A stretch of 64,000 nt of DNA, from NCBI GenBank assembly GCA_963851265.1, contig CAWKNZ010000002.1, positions 1,344,001-1,408,000 on the forward strand, read 5' to 3'. Shown here one piece after another: positions 24,921-33,806 of the stretch. The stretch is from an uncultured Gemmatimonadales bacterium. Lineage in GTDB: Bacteria; Gemmatimonadota; Gemmatimonadetes; Gemmatimonadales; Gemmatimonadaceae. Each line of letters starts with the position of its first letter. The stretch's first letter is position 1. A program made the position numbers and the translations under genes. The notes beneath the pieces are model-generated. The model saw nothing but the letters and a program-made list of their open reading frames with translations. It did no database searches and was not told the DNA's origin.

Positions 24921-24941
24921 ACTTCTCCACAGTTCTCCACG
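24921..24941 (+). repeat. Tandem 10-bp direct repeat containing DnaA-box-like nonamers
   Basis: ACTTCTCCAC AGTTCTCCAC G. TTCTCCACA (24923-24931) matches TTATCCACA at 8/9; TTCTCCACG (24933-24941) at 7/9. Confidence 0.5.
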
Positions 24942-24947
24942 GTAGAA

Positions 24948-24975
24948 GGTTTACATAACATATATTATAAGCGAG
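24948..24975 (-). other. dif: dif site (XerC/XerD chromosome dimer resolution site)
   Basis: Minus strand CTCGCTTATAA-TATATG-TTATGTAAACC has 11-6-11 architecture with inner ATAA/TTAT symmetry. The XerD arm matches B. subtilis TTATGTAAACT at 10/11. It is an intergenic AT island exactly where gene orientation converges. Confidence 0.88.
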
Positions 24976-25019
24976 TGGCGGACGAGGATTCGGCGGGCGC
25001 TCGCCGCCCCTCGCCAGCG

Positions 25020-25709
25020 TCATTTCGACGCGCCCGCCAACTCCCCGAGCCGCAGCCGCGCCTCATCGCTCGCACCGTTCACGCCGAGATCGGACAGCTC
25101 GCGCCAGAGCCGCCGCGCGTTTCCGGTGTCACCCGCGGCTTCGTAGTCCCGCGCGGCATTGCCGAGCAACTCGGCCTTGGCCTGCGGACCCGAGCTCCTC
25201 GCGAGTTGTTCGTAGGTCGCGGCCGCCGTCTTCGGCTGGCCCGCGCCCTCCTCGCCCACCGCCCGCAGGCGAGCCGTCGCGTCGCGCCACTCGGTCGGTA
25301 CCGATCCGGCGCTCAGCGTCCGGAGTCCCTCGGCGTACTGGCCGCGGTCATAGTACGTCTGTGCGAGCAGGACGCGCGCGTGCGCACCCGCCGGCGTGTC
25401 ACCGTACCGGGACGTCACTTGCTGGAGCGCCGCCGCGGCACCCGGATCGCCCTGGCTGAACCGCGCCTCGGCCTCGTACAACGCCCGGTCCGCGCGCTCC
25501 GCGGTCGACCGGTTCGACGCACGCCACGCGAACCCGCCCGCGACCGCTACGGCGACGACGATCGCCGCCGCTCCGACCGCACGCGCGTTCCGCTCCGCCC
25601 AGTCGCTCGCCGCCTCGCCGGACGTCCGACCCCGAACCGCCGAGACGTCGGGCGGCACGGACACGGGCTCGGCGATGTCGTAGGTCGGAACGCTGGGCGG
25701 AACGGTCAT
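25020..25709 (-). CDS. Membrane-anchored tetratricopeptide-repeat protein (YfgM-like)
   Basis: One TM helix (AVGAAAIVVAVAVAGGFAW) followed by helical repeats such as YGDTPAGAHARVLLAQTYYDRGQY. Confidence 0.72.
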   Translation of the reverse strand: MTVPPSVPTYDIAEPVSVPPDVSAVRGRTSGEAASDWAERNARAVGAAAIVVAVAVAGGFAWRASNRSTAERADRALYEAEARFSQGDPGAAAALQQVTSRYGDTPAGAHARVLLAQTYYDRGQYAEGLRTLSAGSVPTEWRDATARLRAVGEEGAGQPKTAAATYEQLARSSGPQAKAELLGNAARDYEAAGDTGNARRLWRELSDLGVNGASDEARLRLGELAGASK

Positions 25710-25752
25710 CGGGACGCGGGGCGTAAGTTGTACGCGCGCGGACTACGCGCGA

Positions 25753-25826
25753 CGCCCCCGGCAGGACTCGAACCTGCGGCCAACAGTTTAGGAAACTGCT
25801 GCTCTATCCACCTGAGCTACGGAGGC
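25753..25826 (-). tRNA. tRNA-Arg (anticodon CCT); CCA not encoded
   Basis: GCCTCCG TA GCTCAGGTGGATAGAGC A GCAGT TTCCTAA ACTGT TGGCC GCAGG TTCGAGT CCTGC CGGGGGC G folds into a complete cloverleaf. Confidence 0.96.
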
Positions 25827-25921
25827 TGGGGGCCGTATCGTGCGGCCCGGTCGCAAGTTACGCCCGCTCGAGACGACCCGCTACCGAGGCGAACGCGCCG
25901 GCGCGAGTCCGATCTCCCGGA

Positions 25922-26602
25922 TCACTCAGCCCAACCCTGGCTGCCGAGCAACGGGACGAACCGAACCGGAGCCAGCTTCCGCGACGTCCGGCCATCGGCG
26001 ACTCGCTCGTACAACGTCAACGTTTGTTCGTCGCGAGTGCCGACGGGGGCCACCGCCCGCCCCCCCGGTGCAAGCTGCTCGGCGAGCGCCGGCGGCAGGT
26101 CCGGCGCTCCCGCACTCACGACGATCGCGTCGAACGGCGCGTACTCCCGCCAGCCGAGGGTACCGTCGCCGAGGAGGAGCGAGACGTTCCGGATCTGGAG
26201 CTTCTTGAGCATCTCGCGCGCGCGTTCGAACAGCGCTGGGACGCGCTCGATCGAGAACACCTGCTCCGCCAACTGCGACAGCAACGCAGTCTGGAACGCC
26301 GACCCCGTTCCGACCTCGAGCACACGCTCGCGCCCGGTGAGGCGCAGTGCCTGGAGCGAATGCGCGTGCACGCTCGGCTGCGAGATCGTCTGCCCCGCGC
26401 CGATCGGAAGCGCGCTATCGTCGTACGCGCGATGCGCCACACCCGTCGGTACGAACGCGTGTCGCGGAACCTGATCGAACGCGCGGAGCACGGCCAAATC
26501 GGTGATGCCGTTCACGCGCAACGCGTCGATCAGTCGCCGCCGCGCGCCGCGTAACTCGGTCCTCGTGACATCGACGGCGTCGGGCCGGGGCGGCGTACTC
26601 AC
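25922..26602 (-). CDS. pcm: Protein-L-isoaspartate O-methyltransferase
   Basis: VPRHAFV, AYDDSALPIGAGQTISQP, VLEVGTGS, GDGTLGW, PFDAIVV, VRFVPL; downstream of surE. Confidence 0.95.
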   Translation of the reverse strand: MSTPPRPDAVDVTRTELRGARRRLIDALRVNGITDLAVLRAFDQVPRHAFVPTGVAHRAYDDSALPIGAGQTISQPSVHAHSLQALRLTGRERVLEVGTGSAFQTALLSQLAEQVFSIERVPALFERAREMLKKLQIRNVSLLLGDGTLGWREYAPFDAIVVSAGAPDLPPALAEQLAPGGRAVAPVGTRDEQTLTLYERVADGRTSRKLAPVRFVPLLGSQGWAE

Positions 26603-26640
26603 GACGCGCCTCTCACGACGAGCTCCTCACCGGCTGCACC

Positions 26641-27402
26641 TCACGGTGCGCGCCACCAGTCGCCGGCTGCCGACAGGAACTCGCGGTTCGTGAGGTCGAG
26701 GTGCAGTGGCGTGATCGACACGTAGCCGTCCCGCACGGTCTGGAAGTCCGAATCGGAGTCGCCCCGCCAGGTCGCGGACCCGCCCCCGATCCAGAAGATC
26801 TCCCGCCCCCACGGGTCACGCATCGGCGTCAGAGAATTCGAGTACACGCGTCGCCCGAGTCGCGTGAGCCGAATTCCCTTGACCTCCGACGCGGGAATCG
26901 GCGGCAGATTCACGTTCAACAACGTGTCTGGCGGCAACTCCGGGAGCGAGAGGACGTGGCGCAGCAGGTCGGCCAGCATGTCTACGGCCCCGTCGAGCGT
27001 CGACGGATCGGCCCGCAGGTCGCCGCCGGCGTACGAGATCGCGACCGCGGGAATGCCGAGCATCAGGCCTTCCATCGCGGCGGCGACCGTGCCCGAGTAG
27101 AGGACGTCTTCGCCCATGTTGGACCCGTGATTCACGCCGCTCAACACCACGTCCGGTCGCTCGGGCATGAGCGCCTCGACAGCCAGCATCACGCAGTCCG
27201 TCGGCGTACCGTCCACCTGCCAACGGCGCTCACCGCGCCGCACCGGTCGAACCGGGTGGTGCAGGGTCAGCGAGTGACTGGTCGCACTCTGCTCGCGGTC
27301 CGGCGCGACGACCGTCACCTCGCCGAGTCGTTCGGCCGCGCCGACGAGCGTGGCCAGACCGTGCGCGAGGATTCCGTCGTCGTTGGTGCAGAGCAGACGC
27401 AT
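26641..27402 (-). CDS. surE: 5'/3'-nucleotidase SurE
   Basis: TNDDG, VAPDREQS, GTPTDCV, SGVNHGSNMG, YSGTVAAAMEG, LNVNLP, SITPL. Confidence 0.97.
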   Translation of the reverse strand: MRLLCTNDDGILAHGLATLVGAAERLGEVTVVAPDREQSATSHSLTLHHPVRPVRRGERRWQVDGTPTDCVMLAVEALMPERPDVVLSGVNHGSNMGEDVLYSGTVAAAMEGLMLGIPAVAISYAGGDLRADPSTLDGAVDMLADLLRHVLSLPELPPDTLLNVNLPPIPASEVKGIRLTRLGRRVYSNSLTPMRDPWGREIFWIGGGSATWRGDSDSDFQTVRDGYVSITPLHLDLTNREFLSAAGDWWRAP

Positions 27403-27468
27403 GAAGCGGGGCCGTAGGACAGGTCTCGCGGTCGGACCGCGTGATGGCCGCCCGCCGACTCCCGGAAT

Positions 27469-27927
27469 CTACGCGGCCTGTCCGTCCCCGCGTCCGGAGG
27501 CGGCCGGCGAGTCGGCCGCCTCCGACTCGCCGGCCGCCTCCGACGCGCTCCGCACCGGGCGCCTCGCCTCGAGAACGTCGACGATGACGTCGAGTTCGCG
27601 CTCGATCCCGGCGAGCGTCTCCCGGCGCAGTGCGTCGCGCGCCGCCCCGCGTAGCCCGCCCGCGCGTCGGTGCTCGTCGAGCTTCTGGCGGGCGCCGTCG
27701 ACGGTGTACTTCTCGGTGTACAGCAGATGTTTGACGAGCAGCACGAGCTCGACCTCGCGGCGCGCGTACACGCGGTTGCCCGAGCGGTTCTTCGCAGGGT
27801 TCAGCACGCGGAACTGCGTTTCCCAGTATCGAAGCACGTGCGCCTTGAGCCCGGTCAGCGCGCACACGTCGCCGATCGAGAAGTATTCCTGGAGGACCTC
27901 GCCGCGCCCGCGGTTGTCGACGGTCAC
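27469..27927 (-). CDS. MerR-family HTH regulator without an effector domain
   Basis: [42 protein letters not shown]. Confidence 0.9.
   Translation of the reverse strand: [152 protein letters not shown]
27495..27542. repeat. 21-bp perfect inverted repeat inside the 3' end of the merR-like gene
   Basis: CGGAGGCGGCCGGCGAGTCGG-ccgcct-CCGACTCGCCGGCCGCCTCCG. Confidence 0.85.
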
Positions 27928-28955
27928 GCGTCCACCGCCGCAACCGTCCGATCCTGCTCGCCGCGCGGCGCGCGCGACATGAGGTCCACGACCGCCCCTT
28001 CGACCGACGCGCCCTCGAACAGCACGCGATGCACGGCGTTGACGATCGGCATCTCGACGGCCGCGCGCACGGCGAGGTCGCGGGCGCTGCGGGTCGTGAG
28101 CACGCCTTCGGCCACGGTCTCGCGCTCCGCGAGGACGTCATCGAGGCGGCGACCGCGACCGATCTCGACGCCGACGGTGCGATTGCGGCTGAGCGCGCCC
28201 GTACACGTCAACACGAGATCGCCCATGCCGGTGAGACCGGCGAACGTCGCCGGCGATGCCCCGAGTGCGACGCCGAGGCGCGTCATCTCGGCGAGGCCGC
28301 GCGTGATCAGGGCGGCGCGCGAGTTGTAACCGAGGCCCATGCCCTCGAGAATCCCCGTCGCGAGCGCCATCACGTTCTTGAGCGCACCTCCGAGCTCGAC
28401 GCCGAGCACGTCATCGTGCGTGTACACGCGGAACTCGGGCGAACTCAGGGCGTGCTGCACGTACGATGCGGCGGCCGCGCTGTACGAGGCCGCGACGACC
28501 GCGGTCGGCTGCCGCGCCGCGACCTCCGCGGCGAAGCTCGGTCCCGACAGCGCGACGACACGTCGGCCCGGCAGCACGTCGCCGATGACGTCCGTCATGA
28601 CCGAGAGCGTGCCCTGCTCGACGCCCTTGCTCGCGACCGCCACGATCGCGTCCGAGCGAACCGAGCGCTCAGCGGTCTGTGCGACCGATCGGAGGACGTG
28701 CGAAGGCGGCGCGAAGAGCACGAGCTCGCGATCGGCGACCGCGCGTTCAAGATCGTCGGTCGCGCGGACCGCCGAGGAAAGCGTGTGACCGGCGAGGAAC
28801 CGGCGATTCTCGGCGCGTGAGTTCACGTCGGCCACGACGTCCGCCTCCCGAGCCCACAGCACCACGTCGGACCCGTTGCGCGCGAGCAGGTCGGCGAGCG
28901 CCGTACCCCACGCGCCGGCGCCGACCACCGCGCAGCGCCCCGGCGCGCCGCTCAT
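27924..28955 (-). CDS. gpsA: NAD(P)H-dependent glycerol-3-phosphate dehydrogenase
   Basis: VVGAGAWGTALA, SKGVE, LSGPSFAAEV, GVELGGALKNV, GMGDLVLTCTG-LSRN, AEGV. ATG 28955 overlaps the plsY stop. Confidence 0.96.
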   Translation of the reverse strand: MSGAPGRCAVVGAGAWGTALADLLARNGSDVVLWAREADVVADVNSRAENRRFLAGHTLSSAVRATDDLERAVADRELVLFAPPSHVLRSVAQTAERSVRSDAIVAVASKGVEQGTLSVMTDVIGDVLPGRRVVALSGPSFAAEVAARQPTAVVAASYSAAAASYVQHALSSPEFRVYTHDDVLGVELGGALKNVMALATGILEGMGLGYNSRAALITRGLAEMTRLGVALGASPATFAGLTGMGDLVLTCTGALSRNRTVGVEIGRGRRLDDVLAERETVAEGVLTTRSARDLAVRAAVEMPIVNAVHRVLFEGASVEGAVVDLMSRAPRGEQDRTVAAVDA

Positions 28956-29614
28956 GTCGCGCGCTCCACCGGTGCGGGCGGCAGGTCGGGCGTTGCCGGG
29001 CGAGCGGCGCGGCGGCGCATCATGCGCGACTCCTCGCCACGACGCAGACGCCCGATGTTCGCGCGGTGCGACCAGACGACGAACGCGGCGACGAGAACCG
29101 CTACCGGAAAGGCCGGCGCACGAACGCCCCTCGTCAGCGCCATCGCGCCGACCAGCACGGCGGCGGCGACGAGCGAGCCGAGCGAGACGTAGCCGCTCAC
29201 GGCAAGGGTTGCCGCGAACGCCGCGATCGCGACGAGCGTCGCCACGGGCGCGAGCCCGAGGAACACGCCTGCCGCCGTCGCGACGCCCTTGCCACCGCCT
29301 CCGCCGCGCCCGATCAGGAAGACCGGGACGACATGACCGACGATCGCCGCCACGCCATACGCCATCGCCCAGTGCGGATGCGCGCCGAACCAGCGGACGA
29401 AGAATGCCGCCGGCACGAACCCCTTCGCCGCGTCGATGAGGAACACCGGAACGCCGGTCCGCCATCCCAGGACGCGGAACGCGTTGGTCGCGCCGAGATT
29501 GCCCGACCCGTGCTGCCGAAGGTCGACGCCGTGCAGGCGTCCCGCGACGTACGCGGTCGGGATCGACCCGAGCAGGTACGCGGCGAGCAGGCCGACGAAC
29601 GGAAGCGGCGTCAT
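28952..29614 (-). CDS. plsY: Glycerol-3-phosphate acyltransferase PlsY
   Basis: YLLGSIP, GSGNLGATN, DAAKG, GGKGVAT, H-ANI-RL--GEE. Start at ATG 29614. Confidence 0.95.
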   Translation of the reverse strand: MTPLPFVGLLAAYLLGSIPTAYVAGRLHGVDLRQHGSGNLGATNAFRVLGWRTGVPVFLIDAAKGFVPAAFFVRWFGAHPHWAMAYGVAAIVGHVVPVFLIGRGGGGGKGVATAAGVFLGLAPVATLVAIAAFAATLAVSGYVSLGSLVAAAVLVGAMALTRGVRAPAFPVAVLVAAFVVWSHRANIGRLRRGEESRMMRRRAARPATPDLPPAPVERAT

Positions 29615-29640
29615 ACTCAGCGACCGGGCGTCGTGCACGC

Positions 29641-29660
29641 GGCCGTCGCGCGCGACGGCC
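29641..29660. repeat. 20-bp perfect palindrome between der and plsY
   Basis: GGCCGTCGCGCGCGACGGCC; overlaps a GCCTAAC heptamer at 29658-29664. Confidence 0.75.
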
Positions 29661-29690
29661 TAACGTTCACCGCGATCTCGCCCGCCGGCA

Positions 29691-31121
29691 TTAGCGGGCG
29701 CGGACGTGACCGCGTCCCCTGCCCTGCCCGGCGCGTCCGCCCTGATTGCCCGCGTCGCGCTCCGCGTTGCTGCTGCGCGCCTCGCCGCGTACGCGGCGGT
29801 TGTCGGTCGCCGGCGCGTTCTTCTGCCGGAGGACGATCTTGAGCGGGTTGCCGATGAAGCCGTACTCCGCGCGGAAGCCGTTGTGCAGATACCGGATGTA
29901 ATGCTCGGGCACGGCGTCCGGGTGGTTCGAGAATACCGCGATCACGGGCGGTCCGGTCTCGACCTGCGTCGCGTAATTCAGCTTGATCTCGTGGTGGCCC
30001 GCGGCCTGAGGCGGCTGTGTCCGCTGCACGAGCGACTCCAGCGTGTCGTTCACCTGGGACGTCGTGACGCGCTTGTTCCGCTCCGCCTCGACTTCCAGCA
30101 ACACGTCGAGGATCTTCGGCACGCGCTGTCCGGTCACGGCGGACGTGAAGAGGAACGGGACCCACGCGAGGTACGGCGCCTTTTCGACCGCGTCCTTCTG
30201 GAACTTGGCGGCCGTCTTGTCGCTCTTCTCCTTCAGGTCCCACTTGTTGACGACGAGCACGAGCCCCCGCCCGGCCTCCCAGGCGAGCGTCGCGATCTTC
30301 AGGTCCTGGTTCTCGAGGCCTAACGTCGCGTCGATCAGGAGAACGCAGACGTCCGCGCCTTCGATGGCGCGGCGCGTGCGCAACGACGAGTAGAACTCGA
30401 CGCCGTCGTCCACCTTGGACTGGCGACGCAGCCCTGCCGTGTCGACGAAGACGAGGTCGCGGCCGTGATACCGCATCGGCGTGTCGATCGCGTCGCGCGT
30501 GGTGCCGGCAACGTCGGTGACGACCAGGCGCGGCTCACCGAGGAGGCGGTTGACGAAGCTCGACTTGCCGACGTTCGGGCGGCCGATCACCGCGACGCGG
30601 AGCGCTTCGGGCGCGGCGTCCTCGCGCTCCGGCAGTCGTTCGACGACCGCGTCTAGCAGGTCACCCGACCCCTTGCCGTTGCCGGCCGACACGGGGACCG
30701 GGTCGCCCGCGCCGAGGCGGTAGAATTCGTAATAGTCCGTGCTCTTGGGATCGTCGACCTTGTTCGCGACGACGACGAACGGCTTGCCGCGGTCGCGGAT
30801 GAGGTCGACGAGTCGCGCGTCGCTCGGGTGCACGCCGACGCGCGCATCCGTCACGAGCAGCATCAGGTCCGCCTCCTCGATCGCCTGCAACACCTGCTTG
30901 CGGATCTCGACGTCCATCGGCTGCGACGAGTCCTCGATCAGGCCGCCGGTATCGACGAGCCAGAACGTCTGGCCGTTCCACTCGGCGCGCCCGAAGTGGC
31001 GGTCGCGCGTGGTGCCCGCCTCGTCGCTGACGATCGCGGAATGGTCGCCGATGATGCGGTTGAAGAGCGCGGACTTGCCGACGTTGGGACGCCCGACGAG
31101 GGCGACGACTGGGAGGCTCAT
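29691..31121 (-). CDS. der: Ribosome biogenesis double GTPase Der (EngA)
   Basis: Two GRPNVGKS P-loops, two GTTRD, DTGG/DTAG, NKVD/NKWD, KH-like C-terminus. Confidence 0.97.
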   Translation of the reverse strand: MSLPVVALVGRPNVGKSALFNRIIGDHSAIVSDEAGTTRDRHFGRAEWNGQTFWLVDTGGLIEDSSQPMDVEIRKQVLQAIEEADLMLLVTDARVGVHPSDARLVDLIRDRGKPFVVVANKVDDPKSTDYYEFYRLGAGDPVPVSAGNGKGSGDLLDAVVERLPEREDAAPEALRVAVIGRPNVGKSSFVNRLLGEPRLVVTDVAGTTRDAIDTPMRYHGRDLVFVDTAGLRRQSKVDDGVEFYSSLRTRRAIEGADVCVLLIDATLGLENQDLKIATLAWEAGRGLVLVVNKWDLKEKSDKTAAKFQKDAVEKAPYLAWVPFLFTSAVTGQRVPKILDVLLEVEAERNKRVTTSQVNDTLESLVQRTQPPQAAGHHEIKLNYATQVETGPPVIAVFSNHPDAVPEHYIRYLHNGFRAEYGFIGNPLKIVLRQKNAPATDNRRVRGEARSSNAERDAGNQGGRAGQGRGRGHVRAR

Positions 31122-31140
31122 GGTGTGACGCGGTGCGCCG

Positions 31141-32448
31141 TCAGGCGGCGGTGGAAAGGGCGGGACCGAGCACCGCGTCGCCTTCGAGCGCGAGTACGTC
31201 GATGAAGTCGTACGACGGGTAGACGGGCATCGGCAGGCGCTCGCGCACGGCCACGAACGCCGAGTCGTCGAGGAAGAGGCCGTCCTGGTTGATGCACTCG
31301 GCCGGCACGAGCGCGAGGTCGAGGTCGGCGCGCCCGGCGAGCGCGCGCTCGATGTCCGCGCCGACGAGCAGCCCCGCGGTCGTCGTCGTCGGCCCGAACA
31401 GCGAGTTGTCGGCGACGATCAACTCGAACGTCGCCCCGGTCCGCTCGGCGAGTTCGGCGAGCAACGGCGGCATGAGCGGCGCCATCGAGGTGCCGGTGAC
31501 CACGCCGATACGGCGGCGGTCGAGTCGCGGCAACTCCGCCGCGCCCTCCGCTACCCGTTGCCGCAGCGCCGCGACCGCGCCGACTCCGTTCTCGATTTGC
31601 GAGAAATCGCCGTAGTGCTCGGGCCCGGGGAGTGGGCGCCCGGAAAGCAAGTAGAGCTCGTCCGAGCCGAAGACCCAGCGGTCGCCGCGCTCCACGAGCG
31701 CCCGCTCCTCCCAGCGCTCGACCGCGGCGAGGACGCGCCCGGCGTTCGCCTCGTCCATCGGCCGGCCGGTGTACAGGTGCGAGAACTGCGTCACGCCCAC
31801 GGGCACGAGTGCGACCGAAAGGACCGCGTTGCCTAACGCGTACAGGTCCCCGAGACTCGCCTCGAGCACGTCGCCGTCGTTCAGCCCGGGCACCACCACC
31901 ATCTGGCAGTGAAACTGGATGCCGCCGGCGGCGAGCCGCGTGAGCTGCTCGACGATGTTGGGCACCCGGGGGTTGTTCAGGAGCACCTTTCGCGCGTCCC
32001 ACGGCGTCGCGTGCACCGAGACGTAGAGCGGGGAGAGGCGGTACTCCAGAATGCGCGCGAAGTCCCGCTCCTTGAGGTTCGAGAGCGTCGCGAAATTCCC
32101 GTACGCGAACGACAGCCGGTAGTCGTCGTCGCGCATGTAGAGCGGCTTGCGCAGGCCCTTTGGCAGCCCCTCGATGAAGCAGAACTCGCACCGGTTCGCG
32201 CACCGCCGGACCGTCGGTGGCTCGAGCTCGATCCCGAACGGTTCGCCTTCGGGACGCTCGAGCTCGTAGATGACCGGCTCGCCCCCGGGCAGCGTCGCCT
32301 CGATCACGAGCTCGTCGTCGGCCGACAGGAACTCCCAGTCGAGGAAATCGGCCAGGTCGCGCCCATTCACGCGATGCAGCTCGGTCCCGGGCGCAATGCC
32401 GAGTTCCGCGGCGAGCGTGTCAGGGTGGATTCGGGCGACGCGGACCAC
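31141..32448 (-). CDS. PDZ plus radical-SAM-like Fe-S protein (DUF512 family)
   Basis: CANRCEFC (CxxxCxxC), R--LY-RDDDYRLSF-YGNF-TL-N, SPLYVSVHAT, QIENGVG. Confidence 0.85.
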   Translation of the reverse strand: MVRVARIHPDTLAAELGIAPGTELHRVNGRDLADFLDWEFLSADDELVIEATLPGGEPVIYELERPEGEPFGIELEPPTVRRCANRCEFCFIEGLPKGLRKPLYMRDDDYRLSFAYGNFATLSNLKERDFARILEYRLSPLYVSVHATPWDARKVLLNNPRVPNIVEQLTRLAAGGIQFHCQMVVVPGLNDGDVLEASLGDLYALGNAVLSVALVPVGVTQFSHLYTGRPMDEANAGRVLAAVERWEERALVERGDRWVFGSDELYLLSGRPLPGPEHYGDFSQIENGVGAVAALRQRVAEGAAELPRLDRRRIGVVTGTSMAPLMPPLLAELAERTGATFELIVADNSLFGPTTTTAGLLVGADIERALAGRADLDLALVPAECINQDGLFLDDSAFVAVRERLPMPVYPSYDFIDVLALEGDAVLGPALSTAA

Positions 32449-32554
32449 GGGCGGCGATGGATGCAGGGAGGAACGCGTCCGGGCCGGACGCAGGCGTGTA
32501 CATCAGAGAACGTATGATCTCAGTGACCGCAAAGCAATTCCCTGCTTACACTTA

Positions 32555-32570
32555 CGTGAGATCGCTCACC
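32555..32570. promoter_or_regulatory. CRP/FNR-family-like palindromic site upstream of the DUF512-der unit
   Basis: CGTGA-GATCGC-TCACC (GTGA-N6-TCAC) in an AT-enriched intergenic region; ACGTGAGA occurs at 32554 and 32573. Confidence 0.35.
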
Positions 32571-32609
32571 TGACGTGAGAACGATCGCGCGGGCGCGCGT
32601 TCGAAGCGC

Positions 32610-33806
32610 TCAGTCGTCGGCCCGATACGATGAACCGGCACCCGTGTTGAACACGACGACCGTGTCGCGAGGTCCGAGGCGCCCGCCCGCCGCCATCTGG
32701 TCGAGCGCGGCGAGCGCGCACCCGCCCTCGGGCGCGGCATCGATCCCGCTCGCCGTGGCGAGCGCGAACGTCGCGGCGCGCGTGACCGCGTCGTCGATCG
32801 CGATCGCAGCGCCACCGCTCTCCCGCAGCACGCGCAGCACGAGCCGATCGCCAAGCGGGCCCGGCACGCGCAGCCCGCTGGCGTACGTGGACGGGTCCTC
32901 CCACGCGGTCGCACGGTCCTCGCCGGCGGCGAACGCGCGCACCAACGGCGCGCACCCCGCGCTCTGTGCGATCACCATGCGCGACAGCGGCCCGTCGGGT
33001 GAGACGCGTCCGGCGTCACGCAACTCGCCGAGCGCCTTCCAGATGCCCACGGTCCCCTCGCCGCCCCCTGTCGGATACACGATCACCGACGGCAACGCGC
33101 CGCCGAGCGCGTCGCGCAACTGGTCGTGGAGTTCGTAGCCCATCGTCTTCATTCCTTCGACGCGGTACGGCTCGCGAAACGTGCTCACGTCCGTCCAGTC
33201 ACCGTCCGCGGCGTCGGCTCGCGCGAGTCGGCCCGCGTCGCCGATGTGTCCGTCGACGAGTCGCAGGTCCGCGCCGAAGGCGCGTACGGTGCGCAGGATC
33301 GGCGCGGGCGTCGTCCGCGGCGCGTACACACGAACCGGCAGTCCGGCGGCGGCGCCGTATGCGGCGAGCGCGGCGCCGGCGTTGCCCGCCGTCGGCACGA
33401 CGAGTCCCGTCGCGCCGAGCGCCCGCGCCCGCGTGACCGCCGCGCTCATCCCGCGCGCCTTGAACGACGCCGTCGGGTTCCGGCCCTCGTCCTTGACCCA
33501 CAGGCGCGCCACGCCGAGCCGGCGCGCGAGGGCCGGGACCTCGACCACCGGCGTGAGCCCCTCGCCGAGCGACACCGGCGACTCGCCGACGCGGAGCGGA
33601 AGCACGCCCGCGTAGCGCCACATGTCCCACCGCTCCGGCCGATCGCCGCCGGGCGCGTCGTATCGCGTGAGCAGCGGCTGGCCGCAGACCGGACACACGC
33701 CGGCGCGCACGTCACCCGCCTGTCGAAAGTCGCACGCCGAGCAGTAGAGCGTCCACGAAGCCGCGCCATCTGCCACCGGCGCGGGTAAAGTCGTCTCGAG
33801 CGTCAC
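32610..33806 (-). CDS. Threonine synthase-like PLP enzyme
   Basis: N-terminal CxxC...CxxC, SLGEGLTP, KDEGRNPTASFKARG (PLP lysine), AGNAG, EGMKT, PTGGG. GTG 33806 overlaps the uvrC stop. Confidence 0.85.
   Translation of the reverse strand: MTLETTLPAPVADGAASWTLYCSACDFRQAGDVRAGVCPVCGQPLLTRYDAPGGDRPERWDMWRYAGVLPLRVGESPVSLGEGLTPVVEVPALARRLGVARLWVKDEGRNPTASFKARGMSAAVTRARALGATGLVVPTAGNAGAALAAYGAAAGLPVRVYAPRTTPAPILRTVRAFGADLRLVDGHIGDAGRLARADAADGDWTDVSTFREPYRVEGMKTMGYELHDQLRDALGGALPSVIVYPTGGGEGTVGIWKALGELRDAGRVSPDGPLSRMVIAQSAGCAPLVRAFAAGEDRATAWEDPSTYASGLRVPGPLGDRLVLRVLRESGGAAIAIDDAVTRAATFALATASGIDAAPEGGCALAALDQMAAGGRLGPRDTVVVFNTGAGSSYRADD

Noticed and set aside
24810..25019. oriC interpretation of the AT-rich patch with DnaA-like boxes
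   Set aside because: Flanking genes converge rather than diverge, no dnaA/dnaN/parAB is nearby, and the AT-rich part is explained by a dif-like 28-mer.
25753..25826. tRNA-Arg or dif as the attachment site of an integrated element
   Set aside because: No duplicated tRNA 3' end, second dif copy, integrase or compositional shift was seen nearby.
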